From assembly GCA_038851565.1 (NCBI GenBank), contig JAWCKV010000012.1, forward strand, positions 1 through 23,773: DNA of 23,773 bases, given 5' to 3'. The position numbers and the translations under genes are program-made. This document shows, in pieces, positions 7,717 through 16,157 of the stretch. The DNA is from Candidatus Hadarchaeales archaeon (GTDB lineage Archaea; Hadarchaeota; Hadarchaeia; Hadarchaeales; Hadarchaeaceae). Position 1 is the stretch's first letter; every line of letters begins with the position of its first letter. The notes beneath the pieces were generated by a model. That model had not been told where the DNA came from, ran no database searches, and worked only from the letters and a program-made list of their open reading frames with translations.

Positions 7717-9249
7717 CTACCCCAGATCAAGCCTCTCCCCGTTCCGGAGTATCCGGACCTCCGGGCCCCTCACGCGCTCACGGAAGAAATCTGGATTTTC
7801 CGTGTGGACTGGCACAACGACCTTTGGGGAGATCTCCTCTATCATTTCTACCAGCTCCATCGGCGGCGCGTGCCCTGAAGCGTGAAAACCTCCAGTGAAA
7901 ACCGGCTTTCCATCGTTACCTATCCTGAACCCGACCACCCTTATCCCGAACATGCTGAGCCAGTTCCACAGCCTGCTGAAATCGAAGACGTCCTCCTCGT
8001 TGAAGGCCTCGCTGCTCGAGTAGATGTAGAGCCCCCCATCTGGCCTTATGTCGAGGAGGTTGTTGACGTCCCAGAAGCTGAAGCTGACGATGTAGCTTCC
8101 CTGGTTTTTTGAAATCTCCTCTGGGCCCAACAGCTTATCCTCATGTGCGCGCGCCACCTGCTCCTCCCACTTCTCCCGCTCCTTTATCGGCTGAAAAATG
8201 CGCAGCCTCTCAGTTCTTTCAACCCCGTCCACCGAGCCAACGGCGTCCAGGAGGTAGGCGTCCCTCATTGTGATCACCAGCTGCCGCCCTACCTTTTCCG
8301 CTACCCTAATGAAGGTCTCCAGCCTCTCGAGGTTTTTGGGAGAAAAGTCAGCGATGATCAGCCCACTCTCCCCCTCTGCGGCTTTGAGGCAGTTCTCATA
8401 CACCCTCTCCTCCGAGTCTCCCCCCTCCCCGGACCTGCTGCACCTGGTGCCCTCTATGACCAGCACACTCGGGCTCAGCTCCGCTGCCTTCCTCAGGAAG
8501 CGCCTGGTATCCCCTCCCCTGGCACCGTGTGTCCTCATGTCCCCGGTGTAAACCACCCAGCCTGCTCCTGTCTCCACTGCATAGGCGGAGGCCCCGAACA
8601 CCGAGTGGTCGACCGGGAAGTGTATGAAACCGGGAGCCTCATCGCCAGCCGGGGCCAGCCTCCCAGGGTCCAACCTCCTGCCGCCCGGGCTCCTCCTCCA
8701 GAACTCGGCAAACTTCTCAGGTAACCTGTCCACTATGAAAAAATCCCTCCCCGCGCTGGGCACCTTTTTCCAATCGCTTGCCACGACCATCCTATCTTCC
8801 GCATCGCACCTCACCCTGGGGGGAGAGTAAACCGCCTGTGAGTGGAGGTCAGATCTCCCTGAGTCCTGCACCGCCTTAAGGATGGCAGCGGTCATCGCGG
8901 TACAGTAAACCGGAACATCAGCCCTGAGGAGGCCTATGCAGCCAGAATGATCAAGGTGGGCATGGGTGAGGAGCACCCCGTCCACGCGAAGCGGGCTGAG
9001 CTGGCTCTGATCGAAATCTCCGGGGAAGATGTCTTCGCGATAAATCCTGAAGCGGGGAGCCAGGCCCATAGCGATGTAGTCGTGGATGCCCCTCCTGGAC
9101 CTGGGCTTAAGGTACTCCTCGTAGTACATTCCCATCCTGTGAAAGTTTATGCCAAAATCGAGGAGGAGCCCTCTCCCCCTGTCCTCCAGGTATATCTTTG
9201 AGCCGCCTATCGTGTCAGCACCGTCGAGCACGGTCAGAGAACCTGACAG
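7717..9249 (-). CDS. Metallo-beta-lactamase / beta-CASP (RNase J-like) nuclease family protein
   Basis: IGGSKIYL, LLLDFG, THAHLDH, VDHS, YTGD, FHASGHA, VVPVHTE. Start uncertain (CTG 9249 or GTG 9231). Confidence 0.88.
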   Translation of the reverse strand: MSGSLTVLDGADTIGGSKIYLEDRGRGLLLDFGINFHRMGMYYEEYLKPRSRRGIHDYIAMGLAPRFRIYREDIFPGDFDQSQLSPLRVDGVLLTHAHLDHSGCIGLLRADVPVYCTAMTAAILKAVQDSGRSDLHSQAVYSPPRVRCDAEDRMVVASDWKKVPSAGRDFFIVDRLPEKFAEFWRRSPGGRRLDPGRLAPAGDEAPGFIHFPVDHSVFGASAYAVETGAGWVVYTGDMRTHGARGGDTRRFLRKAAELSPSVLVIEGTRCSRSGEGGDSEERVYENCLKAAEGESGLIIADFSPKNLERLETFIRVAEKVGRQLVITMRDAYLLDAVGSVDGVERTERLRIFQPIKEREKWEEQVARAHEDKLLGPEEISKNQGSYIVSFSFWDVNNLLDIRPDGGLYIYSSSEAFNEEDVFDFSRLWNWLSMFGIRVVGFRIGNDGKPVFTGGFHASGHAPPMELVEMIEEISPKVVVPVHTENPDFFRERVRGPEVRILRNGERLDLG

Positions 9250-9273
9250 GATAACACCGGAATGTCCTTTGAG

Positions 9274-9384
9274 CTATGCAGTTAAAACCGGTGCGGTCCA
9301 AAAATCGTCTCCCCAGCATCTCCCCTCGCTCTCCTCTCCCTTGTCTGGATCTGGTCCCCCCGTAGTTTTAACCGTTTCAACCAT
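9274..9384 (-). CDS. Putative 36-aa small protein MVETVKTTGGPDPDKGEESEGRCWGDDFWTAPVLTA
   Basis: ATG 9384 to TAG 9274 fills the gap between an AT-rich promoter region and the nuclease gene. Purine-rich codons resemble neighbouring genes. No recognisable family. Confidence 0.4.
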   Translation of the reverse strand: MVETVKTTGGPDPDKGEESEGRCWGDDFWTAPVLTA

Positions 9385-9461
9385 AATGATATTTAAATCA
9401 TTTGGTAAAAACCGAAATTTATATAAATAACTCATGGCAATATATAAAGGTGGGGCTGGAG

Positions 9462-10037
9462 GTGGACCGGGGTCTGCTTCCTGTAGTACTGGCAATTGCT
9501 GTAGCTGCGATACTCGTTTTTGCCTGCGGCGGGTCCGGGATATGCCTCAACGGCCTAGGTGAGCAGTGGACAGGCGTTTTCCTCTATCCATTCTCCCACA
9601 CCGGGACTGATCACCTCCTAACAAACCTCCTCGCCCTGGCGCTGGTTGGTGCGATAGCCGCGGAGCTCGGCATGTCGTGGAAACGTTTTCTTTTGGTTTT
9701 CCTTGCGGTCGGGTGGCTCAGCGCAATACCGTTCGTCCTAGCCTTTCCGAGCGTTACCTTCATGGGGCTTTCCGGGGGGATCTACGGGGTCTTCGGAATC
9801 GAGCTGCTGGAGATGAGGAAGTACAGGCTTCCGAGCGCACAGATACTCATCGTGTTTCTCCTTGCAACCGGGCTCAGCGCGGGCATAGAGTCCGCCTATG
9901 CCTCCCAGCTCAGCACGGGACTGCAGCTCGGGGTCCACCTCCTCGCCCTCTCCCTCGGGGCAGGCATGGGCAAACACATCGTCCCGGTTAACCTGCCAAA
10001 GGAAACCGCAAAAATGAACGCCTGGATGAAAAAATAA
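9462..10037 (+). CDS. Divergent rhomboid-family intramembrane serine protease
   Basis: YPFSHTGTDHLLTN (H-x4-H-x3-N), catalytic GLSGG, TM6 GVHL. Start set at GTG 9462 after GGTGGGG (uncertain). Confidence 0.75.
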   Translation: MDRGLLPVVLAIAVAAILVFACGGSGICLNGLGEQWTGVFLYPFSHTGTDHLLTNLLALALVGAIAAELGMSWKRFLLVFLAVGWLSAIPFVLAFPSVTFMGLSGGIYGVFGIELLEMRKYRLPSAQILIVFLLATGLSAGIESAYASQLSTGLQLGVHLLALSLGAGMGKHIVPVNLPKETAKMNAWMKK

Positions 10038-10044
10038 CTCTGCC

Positions 10045-11163
10045 TCAGTCGCCAAAGAGGGCGTCGAGAATTATCCTGGGGTTGAACTCCAGCAGATCAT
10101 CATAGCCCTGTCCCGTGCCTATGAAGAGGATGGGCTTCCTTGTCACATGAGATATTGAGAGAGCCGCCCCTCCCCTCGCATCAGCGTCCATCTTGCACAG
10201 GATCGAGCCAGTTATCCCGACCGCCTCATCGAACGCCTTTGCCTGCTCCACCGCATCGTTTCCCGTGAGGGCGTCACCGACGAATATCACGGCATCAGGC
10301 CTGGTGACCCTGACTATCTTGCGCATCTCGTCCATCAGGTTGGCCTCTGTCTGCATGCGCCCCGCTGTGTCGATCAGCACGACATCCATCTGCTTAGCCT
10401 TGGCGTGGGATATCGCGTCGAAGGCCACGGCCGCTGCATCCGCGCCCCTCCTCTGCTTTATCAGGGGCACGCCGAGCCGCTGGGCGTGTATCTCAAGCTG
10501 CTCTATCCCGGCTGCCCTGAAGGTATCTGCAGCCGCCACCACCACCCTGTAGCCTCTATCCATCAGGTACTTTGCGAGCTTCGCGATTGTGGTGGTCTTG
10601 CCGGTGCCGTTGATCCCCACAAAGACGATGACGGCCGGCTCACCCCTCTCCCTCTTCTCCCTTATAACGCCGTCGAGGTCAAACCTCTCTCCCGGCGTCA
10701 GGACCTTCATCAGGGCCCCCCTGAGCACCTCATCCGCCAGCTTCTTCGGGTCCTCCCTCAGGCCTATCCTCCTGCCCACCAGAGAATCCCTAACGCTGGA
10801 GATTATCTCATCGGCGACCGGAACTGCCACATCGCTCTCAAGGAGGGCAACCTGCAGATCCCACAGGACATCGTCCAGGTCCTGCGCAGAGAGCTCCCTG
10901 CCGGTGATTCGCTTCACGGCCCTCCGCAGTCCGCGCTTGGGCCTCTCAGCAGGGAGAGCCGGAATCCTGTGCTTCTCCTTCTCGGGCTCCTCAACGCGCT
11001 GCGGGAGGGCCCTCTCAACCTCCGTCCTGGGCTCCTCAGCCTGCGGGGGGGCAGCTTTTTCAGCCTCCGCCCTGGGCTCCTCCACAGCCTCCTCAGCCGT
11101 CTCGGCCTTCCTTCTTATCTTCTCCTTGATCTCCCTCAGCTTCTTCTTGAGTCCCTCGAACAT
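10045..11163 (-). CDS. ftsY: SRP receptor FtsY
   Basis: MFEGLKKKL start, acidic region, LLESDVA, GINGTGKTTT, DTFRAAG, DTAGR, GTGQ. Confidence 0.98.
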   Translation of the reverse strand: MFEGLKKKLREIKEKIRRKAETAEEAVEEPRAEAEKAAPPQAEEPRTEVERALPQRVEEPEKEKHRIPALPAERPKRGLRRAVKRITGRELSAQDLDDVLWDLQVALLESDVAVPVADEIISSVRDSLVGRRIGLREDPKKLADEVLRGALMKVLTPGERFDLDGVIREKRERGEPAVIVFVGINGTGKTTTIAKLAKYLMDRGYRVVVAAADTFRAAGIEQLEIHAQRLGVPLIKQRRGADAAAVAFDAISHAKAKQMDVVLIDTAGRMQTEANLMDEMRKIVRVTRPDAVIFVGDALTGNDAVEQAKAFDEAVGITGSILCKMDADARGGAALSISHVTRKPILFIGTGQGYDDLLEFNPRIILDALFGD

Positions 11164-11202
11164 CAGCTTCCTTCCAAAACTCGGCTTCAACCGATTTAGG
11201 AG

Positions 11203-11661
11203 CTACGCCCCGCTACCGCCCTCTGATTCCTTCATGGCCTTGCCGAGCAGCGCATCCCTCTCCGGAATGAGCTTCTCAAGCTGTTCCTCCACCTTCATGG
11301 CCTCCGCCCCTATGCTGGTCATGGCCCTCTGTAGCTCATCGGAGCGCTCCTCCAGGAACTTTATCGCATCGTCTATGGGCTTCTCAACCACCACGTCGGC
11401 CCCGACCCCAACGAGGACCTTATCCTGTTTTTCGGACCTTGCTGGAACGAAAGTCTCTGGGCCAACCGGAACCAGTATCTCGGTGCCAGGCTGCACCTCC
11501 TTCATCCTCCTCAGCGCCTCAACCGTGGCACCTATCGAGCCAACAGCGTCACCAAGGGCCGAGATCTGCCTCCTCAGGAACTCCGCGATCGCGCGGCGCT
11601 CCTCTATCTGGGCAGATATCTCCTCCAGCCTCTTCCCCTCTTCCTCAGTCAGGCCATTCAT
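11203..11661 (-). CDS. pfdA: Prefoldin alpha subunit
   Basis: Coiled coils around ILVPVG...VLVGVGADVVVEK; conserved position upstream of ftsY. Confidence 0.95.
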   Translation of the reverse strand: MNGLTEEEGKRLEEISAQIEERRAIAEFLRRQISALGDAVGSIGATVEALRRMKEVQPGTEILVPVGPETFVPARSEKQDKVLVGVGADVVVEKPIDDAIKFLEERSDELQRAMTSIGAEAMKVEEQLEKLIPERDALLGKAMKESEGGSGA

Positions 11662-11882
11662 CCGCCTATCACCTCCAGTATCCTCCTATCCTTTACCTCG
11701 CCAGGACCTATTTCAACTATCTCCTCTATGTTTATCTGGTTTCGCTTCACCTTGTGCCTGCTTCCGATGAGGGAGTACGTTCTCTCCAGGGCCTGGGACT
11801 CGGAAAGAGCGGGCACCTCCTTGGTGAACCTCTGCAGGTCCAGGCCCTGTCTGAACCACCCCCTGATCCTGTAGACCTTCAT
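11658..11882 (-). CDS. rpl18a: 50S ribosomal protein L18Ae/LX (eL20)
   Basis: KVYRIRG, FTKEV, YSLIGSRHKVKRNQINI; synteny. Confidence 0.95.
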   Translation of the reverse strand: MKVYRIRGWFRQGLDLQRFTKEVPALSESQALERTYSLIGSRHKVKRNQINIEEIVEIGPGEVKDRRILEVIGG

Positions 11883-11891
11883 CTGACCACC

Positions 11892-12548
11892 TCACACGAA
11901 GCCCAGCGCGCTCTCTATTCTGCCGAGCTCGGGCCCCGTTGTGCTGAGCCCGACGAGCGCGCCGTTGGAGTTTGCGACCATGCACAGGCCAACCAGCTTC
12001 ACGCCCCCGCAGGCCGTCCCAACGTCCACAGGGACCCCCAGCACCCTCTCGGCACGCCGTATCTCGTCCTCCGTCGCATCCGGGCTCACGAGCGCCCCCT
12101 TCCCTGTTGCCACGCCCGCAGCGCCGACGTTCTTCAGTCCACCGAGGGTGCCCCTTTCGACCTTGACCCCCAGAGCCTTTTCTATCTCGGCCACCACCTC
12201 GGCAGGAAGGTCCGGGCTCACCAGCGCTCCCCTGTCGTTCGCGAGGACCATGTTCCCGAATGCCGTGTGCTTTCCGGGCAGGTACTTCACCTCGGGAGGT
12301 GATCCCTCACCTCGCACGGCCATATCAAACACCTCGGAGCATATGAGCGAGGATGAGTTCCCGGCCGTGAGGATGCCGACTAGAGGGCTCCTGCTCAGGT
12401 TCCCCCTGAAGGCTGGCACTCCCAGTGCCTCGACCACCCTGTCCCTCTTCCATGACATCGTGTCAGGAAGAACTGCGAATGAATCCGTGCAAACCGAGAA
12501 CGCGCCTATGAAGGGCACCCTGCCGAAGCTCATCCTTACCATGCGCAA
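11892..12548 (-). CDS. eif6: Translation initiation factor 6 (aIF6)
   Basis: FGNMVLANDRGALVSP, ANSNGALVG, TTGPELGRIE. Confidence 0.96.
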   Translation of the reverse strand: MRMVRMSFGRVPFIGAFSVCTDSFAVLPDTMSWKRDRVVEALGVPAFRGNLSRSPLVGILTAGNSSSLICSEVFDMAVRGEGSPPEVKYLPGKHTAFGNMVLANDRGALVSPDLPAEVVAEIEKALGVKVERGTLGGLKNVGAAGVATGKGALVSPDATEDEIRRAERVLGVPVDVGTACGGVKLVGLCMVANSNGALVGLSTTGPELGRIESALGFV

Positions 12549-12558
12549 GATGCTCCAC

Positions 12559-12810
12559 CTACTCAGCCAGGAAGGCGTTCACAGTCCCGTCGTCCTCCTT
12601 CACCGCCCGCACCCTGACCCTGGATCCCGGCTTCTGTATGCTCCTCCCCCACAGCCTCTCGTTCAGCTTTCCATCCAGCCTCACGACCTCTGCCTTCATG
12701 TGCCTGCGGAGAAAGTCCCTGACGAGCACGGCTGCCCGCTTTGCCCTCACGTTCCTGGGGGCATCTTTGACATCTCTGAGCGGTATGACGTAGATCCTCT
12801 CCTCAGGCAA
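12559..12810 (-). CDS. rpl31e: 50S ribosomal protein L31e
   Basis: ERIYVIPLR, RAKRA, LNERLWGRSI; TTG start after a GAGGTGG RBS. Confidence 0.96.
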   Translation of the reverse strand: MPEERIYVIPLRDVKDAPRNVRAKRAAVLVRDFLRRHMKAEVVRLDGKLNERLWGRSIQKPGSRVRVRAVKEDDGTVNAFLAE

Positions 12811-12819
12811 CGCACCACC

Positions 12820-12975
12820 TCACGGCTTTATGCTTCCCCTTCTCCACTGTCTTCTCTTTGCGCTCGACCTTATCCTTCCCCTGGTCTTAACCATCACCCA
12901 GACCGGAGCCCTCTTCGAGAGCCTCGCGGCCCTTCCGAGCCTCCTCTTGAGCGGATACGGCCTGTTCCTGGCCAT
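12820..12975 (-). CDS. rpl39e: 50S ribosomal protein L39e (51 aa; missing from the ORF track)
   Basis: Manual translation MARNRPYPLKRRLGRAARLSKRAPVWVMVKTRGRIRSSAKRRQWRRGSIKP; expected position before L31e. Confidence 0.95.
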   Translation of the reverse strand: MARNRPYPLKRRLGRAARLSKRAPVWVMVKTRGRIRSSAKRRQWRRGSIKP

Positions 12976-12976
12976 C

Positions 12977-13318
12977 TCATATCCTCCTTATCCTGAACTC
13001 CCTCCTCTTTGACTGGAGCCTGTCGAGTATGGTCTTCAGCTGCTCATCGGTGATCTTTGATGTTATCCTGCCGGACTGCGCCAGCTGAATTAGCTGGAGC
13101 TCCAGCTGCTCGGCGAACTCCGGCTTCACCATCCTTATGTTCGCCAGCCTGTTGCGCGCCTCGGGGGTGAGGATCTCCTGAAGGATCGCCCTCTTCTGTA
13201 TCTCGTACTGCCTCCTGAGCTCGGCCTGGCGCCTCTGCTCCTCGAGCCTCGCCTGGTACTCAAGCATCTTCCTCCTCTTTATCTCCTCAAGCTCTGCCTC
13301 ATCAGGCTCAGGTTCCAC
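12977..13318 (-). CDS. PDCD5-family dsDNA-binding protein
   Basis: [42 protein letters not shown] 13318 follows GAGGTGA. Confidence 0.93.
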   Translation of the reverse strand: MEPEPDEAELEEIKRRKMLEYQARLEEQRRQAELRRQYEIQKRAILQEILTPEARNRLANIRMVKPEFAEQLELQLIQLAQSGRITSKITDEQLKTILDRLQSKRREFRIRRI

Positions 13319-13736
13319 CCGCCTCACCTCTAAGCTTCTCCGCCAGGCCCTCCAGAAGCGAGGAGCCCTTGGACGTGAGCTTTCTGCCGCTCCTCTCTGC
13401 CTTGGTCACGAGCCCGGCCCTCTCAAGCTGCTGCAATACTGTCCTCACTATCTTCCCACCTCCCCTCCTTGAGTGCTCCGGGGCCTGTCCCCTGTTCTGC
13501 CTCCCTCCGTAATACGTCCTGAGCCTCGAGACGCCCACCGGTCCGTCCAGGTATATCCTCCTGAGGATCGAGGCGGCGCGAACGTACCACCAGTCGGGCT
13601 GCTCCGGCGGCCTCTCCCTGCTCGCGCCGGTCTTCACGTACCTGCTCCACTCCGGGGGCCTCACCTCACCGAGCTTCTTCAGCTCCTCCTTAAGTGCGCC
13701 TATCAGCCTGTCCGCCCTAACCTCCCGCACAGACAT
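13308..13736 (-). CDS. rps19e: 30S ribosomal protein S19e
   Basis: [36 protein letters not shown]. Confidence 0.98.
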   Translation of the reverse strand: MSVREVRADRLIGALKEELKKLGEVRPPEWSRYVKTGASRERPPEQPDWWYVRAASILRRIYLDGPVGVSRLRTYYGGRQNRGQAPEHSRRGGGKIVRTVLQQLERAGLVTKAERSGRKLTSKGSSLLEGLAEKLRGEAGGT

Positions 13737-13853
13737 GCCATCACTCCACAGTCTCCTAACCTTCTCGGTTTATCGATATTAATTCTTTCGTGAACCGTTG
13801 AGCATCTCAATATATATACCATATCGGACGAATGGGCATGGAGGTATTAAAAA

Positions 13854-14393
13854 ATGAGCCAGAGAGGAATGGCTACGCTTGTGATCGTAGGAATCGTCGT
13901 TGCTGTGGTTGTGGTTGCAGGTGTTGCTGTGGCGGCCGCAATAGTGCTGTCGGGTGGTGGCATAGGCGGTGGCGGAGCAGGCGGAGGCGGCGGCATAAAT
14001 ATCGCACAGGCCACGAGCCTGCAGTTCGACGTTGAAGCGAGAGACGCCTCCGGCAACATGGTGACATCGGGAACGTGCTACATGAAAAACATTGGACAAT
14101 CTAACGCAAAGATCAGGATGGACATGACCGCTCAGGGGACGCAGGTCAAGATCATCATAGATGCCGCCTCACAGAAGTTTTGGCTTTGGAGCGGGGAAAC
14201 CGGCTGGATGGATATGTCGGGGTATATGAACCCTGACGTCTACGAGTCCATGGCCCAAGGCTATCGATCGAGTCTGTCCAACTGGGGTGGGACGGGAGAG
14301 TACACATATACCTCTTCAGAAGGACACTCCGTGAGAATCTACAACATCCACGTCAACCCGGCGCTCAGCGATTCCCTGTTCACGCCAAGCTGA
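13854..14393 (+). CDS. Surface protein with class III (pilin-like) signal peptide, Gly-rich linker and possible LolA/DUF4412-like domain
   Basis: GGAGGT RBS. MSQRG|MATLVIVG... followed by a long hydrophobic helix, SGGGIGGGGAGGGGG linker and C-terminal VNPALSDSLFTP. Confidence 0.7.
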   Translation: MSQRGMATLVIVGIVVAVVVVAGVAVAAAIVLSGGGIGGGGAGGGGGINIAQATSLQFDVEARDASGNMVTSGTCYMKNIGQSNAKIRMDMTAQGTQVKIIIDAASQKFWLWSGETGWMDMSGYMNPDVYESMAQGYRSSLSNWGGTGEYTYTSSEGHSVRIYNIHVNPALSDSLFTPS

Positions 14394-14409
14394 GCCAAAC
14401 TATGAGACT

Positions 14410-14733
14410 TCAATAAATGGAGGGCCTTTGGCCCTCTTTATTTTTGTCGTAGGGCAAACGAATCACCCTGCCGCACCTGAGGCAGGTTATGGTCAACCTT
14501 CCCTTTTTTATACGGACCCTGCACGTCAGACCCGGGACCCACACCGTAAGGCACTTCCTGCAGAACCTTCTCCTGAGGTCCGCAGGCAGCCCGAGCCTCC
14601 GCCTCGTTTTTATCCTCCACGCGAGCCTGACATACCTCTCCGACAGCTCCGGCCTGCGCCCTATCTCCTCCTCCGCCATCCGGAGAAGGGACCTCACGCG
14701 CTCGAGCAAGGCCTCCCTTTCCTCAATTGCCAT
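14410..14733 (-). CDS. rnp4: RNase P protein component 4 (Rpp21)
   Basis: ERYVRLAWRI, RRFCRKC, RVRI, TCLRCG zinc ribbon. ATG 14733 overlaps the nep1 end. Confidence 0.93.
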   Translation of the reverse strand: MAIEEREALLERVRSLLRMAEEEIGRRPELSERYVRLAWRIKTRRRLGLPADLRRRFCRKCLTVWVPGLTCRVRIKKGRLTITCLRCGRVIRLPYDKNKEGQRPSIY

Positions 14734-15418
14734 GGAGCCTCTCACCCTGAAGTCCCAGTCTGTCCTCATATGCATGTATCGCCCTCGCGACGACGGTGGG
14801 CGCGGTCAGAAGGTCCGGGTCCACACAGACGAGTTCATCTGCCAGCTCGTCGACCGGGGACAAAAAATCTCCATGCGGAAAGCCGCCCACTATCGCGCAC
14901 GCATCTTCATCCCTGCCCAAGTCCCTGAAGATGGATCCCCACTCCCTTTTTTTCCCCTTATCGGTGAACACCACGGTCCTCCTCGGAGAAATCCCCCTCA
15001 CCGCATCGCTCAGGGTGGCACGTTCAAGCGTCAGCAGGGGGCTCTCCGAGGGAGCCTTCCCGTTCATGAAAAGATGCTCGAGCAGTCCCTCGAACCTGTT
15101 CTGGGAGACCGGGAGCCTCGTCGATGGGTCCACCCTGATGAGCAGGTTGTGCCTCGTGTGAACGTAAACCCTCAGCAGTCCGGACCTGTTCAGGGGGGAG
15201 TCCAAAGCCAGGAGGAGGGAGAAGTGAGCTATGTCTGGCCTTCCCCTGCGCTCCCGGTCCGGAAGCCCGCGCATCGCCGGATAGTGAAGGCTGGAGTTCA
15301 GTATTAGCTCTGTTGGCCTTCTGCCCCTCTTCATCGCATGGTGCCTTATCACCCTGTGCGTCGATATCTCCGGGGGAACTGTCTCGACCTCCGAATCCGC
15401 GAGGATCAGGTGCAGCAT
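14723..15418 (-). CDS. nep1: 16S rRNA pseudouridine N1-methyltransferase Nep1/Emg1 (SPOUT)
   Basis: RRGRPDIAHFSLL, SPLNRSG, YVHT, RFEGLLEHLF, VGGFPHGDF. Confidence 0.96.
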   Translation of the reverse strand: MLHLILADSEVETVPPEISTHRVIRHHAMKRGRRPTELILNSSLHYPAMRGLPDRERRGRPDIAHFSLLLALDSPLNRSGLLRVYVHTRHNLLIRVDPSTRLPVSQNRFEGLLEHLFMNGKAPSESPLLTLERATLSDAVRGISPRRTVVFTDKGKKREWGSIFRDLGRDEDACAIVGGFPHGDFLSPVDELADELVCVDPDLLTAPTVVARAIHAYEDRLGLQGERLHGN

Positions 15419-15494
15419 GCTCTCAATTTAAAATCCACGCCGCTGAATATTAACCGAATGGAAACTCAATCAAAACCTGCCATGGAGGACAACC

Positions 15495-16157
15495 GTGTTT
15501 CCGATAAAGGATGAGAATCCCGCCAGGAGCAGGCCGATCCTCACATATGCGCTGATCGCTGCCAACGTGGGTATATTCCTCCTGATGATCGCGAGCGGAT
15601 CCTTCGATGAGTACATCTACAAATTTGGGATGCGCCCCGCGGAAATACTGAAAGGAATAAATCTCCACACGGTGCTCACATCCATTTTCCTACACGGCGG
15701 GATACTGCACATAGTCTTCAACATGTGGTACCTGTGGATATTTGGGGACAACGTCGAGGACCGGATGGGGAGGGGGAAGTTCATCGCATTCTACCTGGCA
15801 GCCGGCGTCGCTGGAGGGATATCCCACGCCCTCTCCGATCCATCCTCCTCCATACCAACGATCGGAGCCTCGGGTGCCATCTCTGGAGTACTGGGGGCGT
15901 ACGTGGTGTTCTACCCGTGGGCAAACGTCTACACGGCCGTGGTATTCCTATATCTCCTGAGGATAGTTGCAATTCCCGCCCTGATAGTCATAGGAGCATG
16001 GTTCGCCCTGCAGCTCCTCTCCGGGTCCATAACCTGGCTGTCCGGCATCTCCACAGGGACGGCATACTGGGCCCACATAGGAGGCTTCATCTTTGGACTC
16101 GTTGTCGCTCTCATCATGAGGGAACTGAAGAGGGGGAGAGAGGACAGCTCAAGCTGA
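15495..16157 (+). CDS. Rhomboid-family intramembrane serine protease (canonical)
   Basis: FPIKDENP N-terminus, TSIFLHGGILHIVFNMWYL, GASGAISG, AYWAHIGGF; GGAGG RBS. Confidence 0.95.
   Translation: MFPIKDENPARSRPILTYALIAANVGIFLLMIASGSFDEYIYKFGMRPAEILKGINLHTVLTSIFLHGGILHIVFNMWYLWIFGDNVEDRMGRGKFIAFYLAAGVAGGISHALSDPSSSIPTIGASGAISGVLGAYVVFYPWANVYTAVVFLYLLRIVAIPALIVIGAWFALQLLSGSITWLSGISTGTAYWAHIGGFIFGLVVALIMRELKRGREDSSS

Noticed and set aside
7324..7885. Plus-strand ORFs (184 and 68 aa) covering the 7570-7717 gap
   Set aside because: They overlap real genes at their ends, and the gap is better explained by the C/D sRNA and its promoter.
9281..9372. 8-bp inverted repeat GTTAAAAC/GTTTTAAC suggesting a MITE or RNA stem
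   Set aside because: Short and AT-rich, with no target-site duplication and no internal pairing; may be chance or TATA-like elements.
10405..12996. Long plus-strand ORFs (264, 393, 287 and 351 aa)
   Set aside because: Antisense to ftsY, pfdA, rpl18a, eif6, rpl31e and rpl39e; no recognisable motifs.
13952..13994. GGN-rich run resembling a tandem repeat or G-quadruplex
   Set aside because: Encodes the Gly linker with mixed codons, so the protein explains it.
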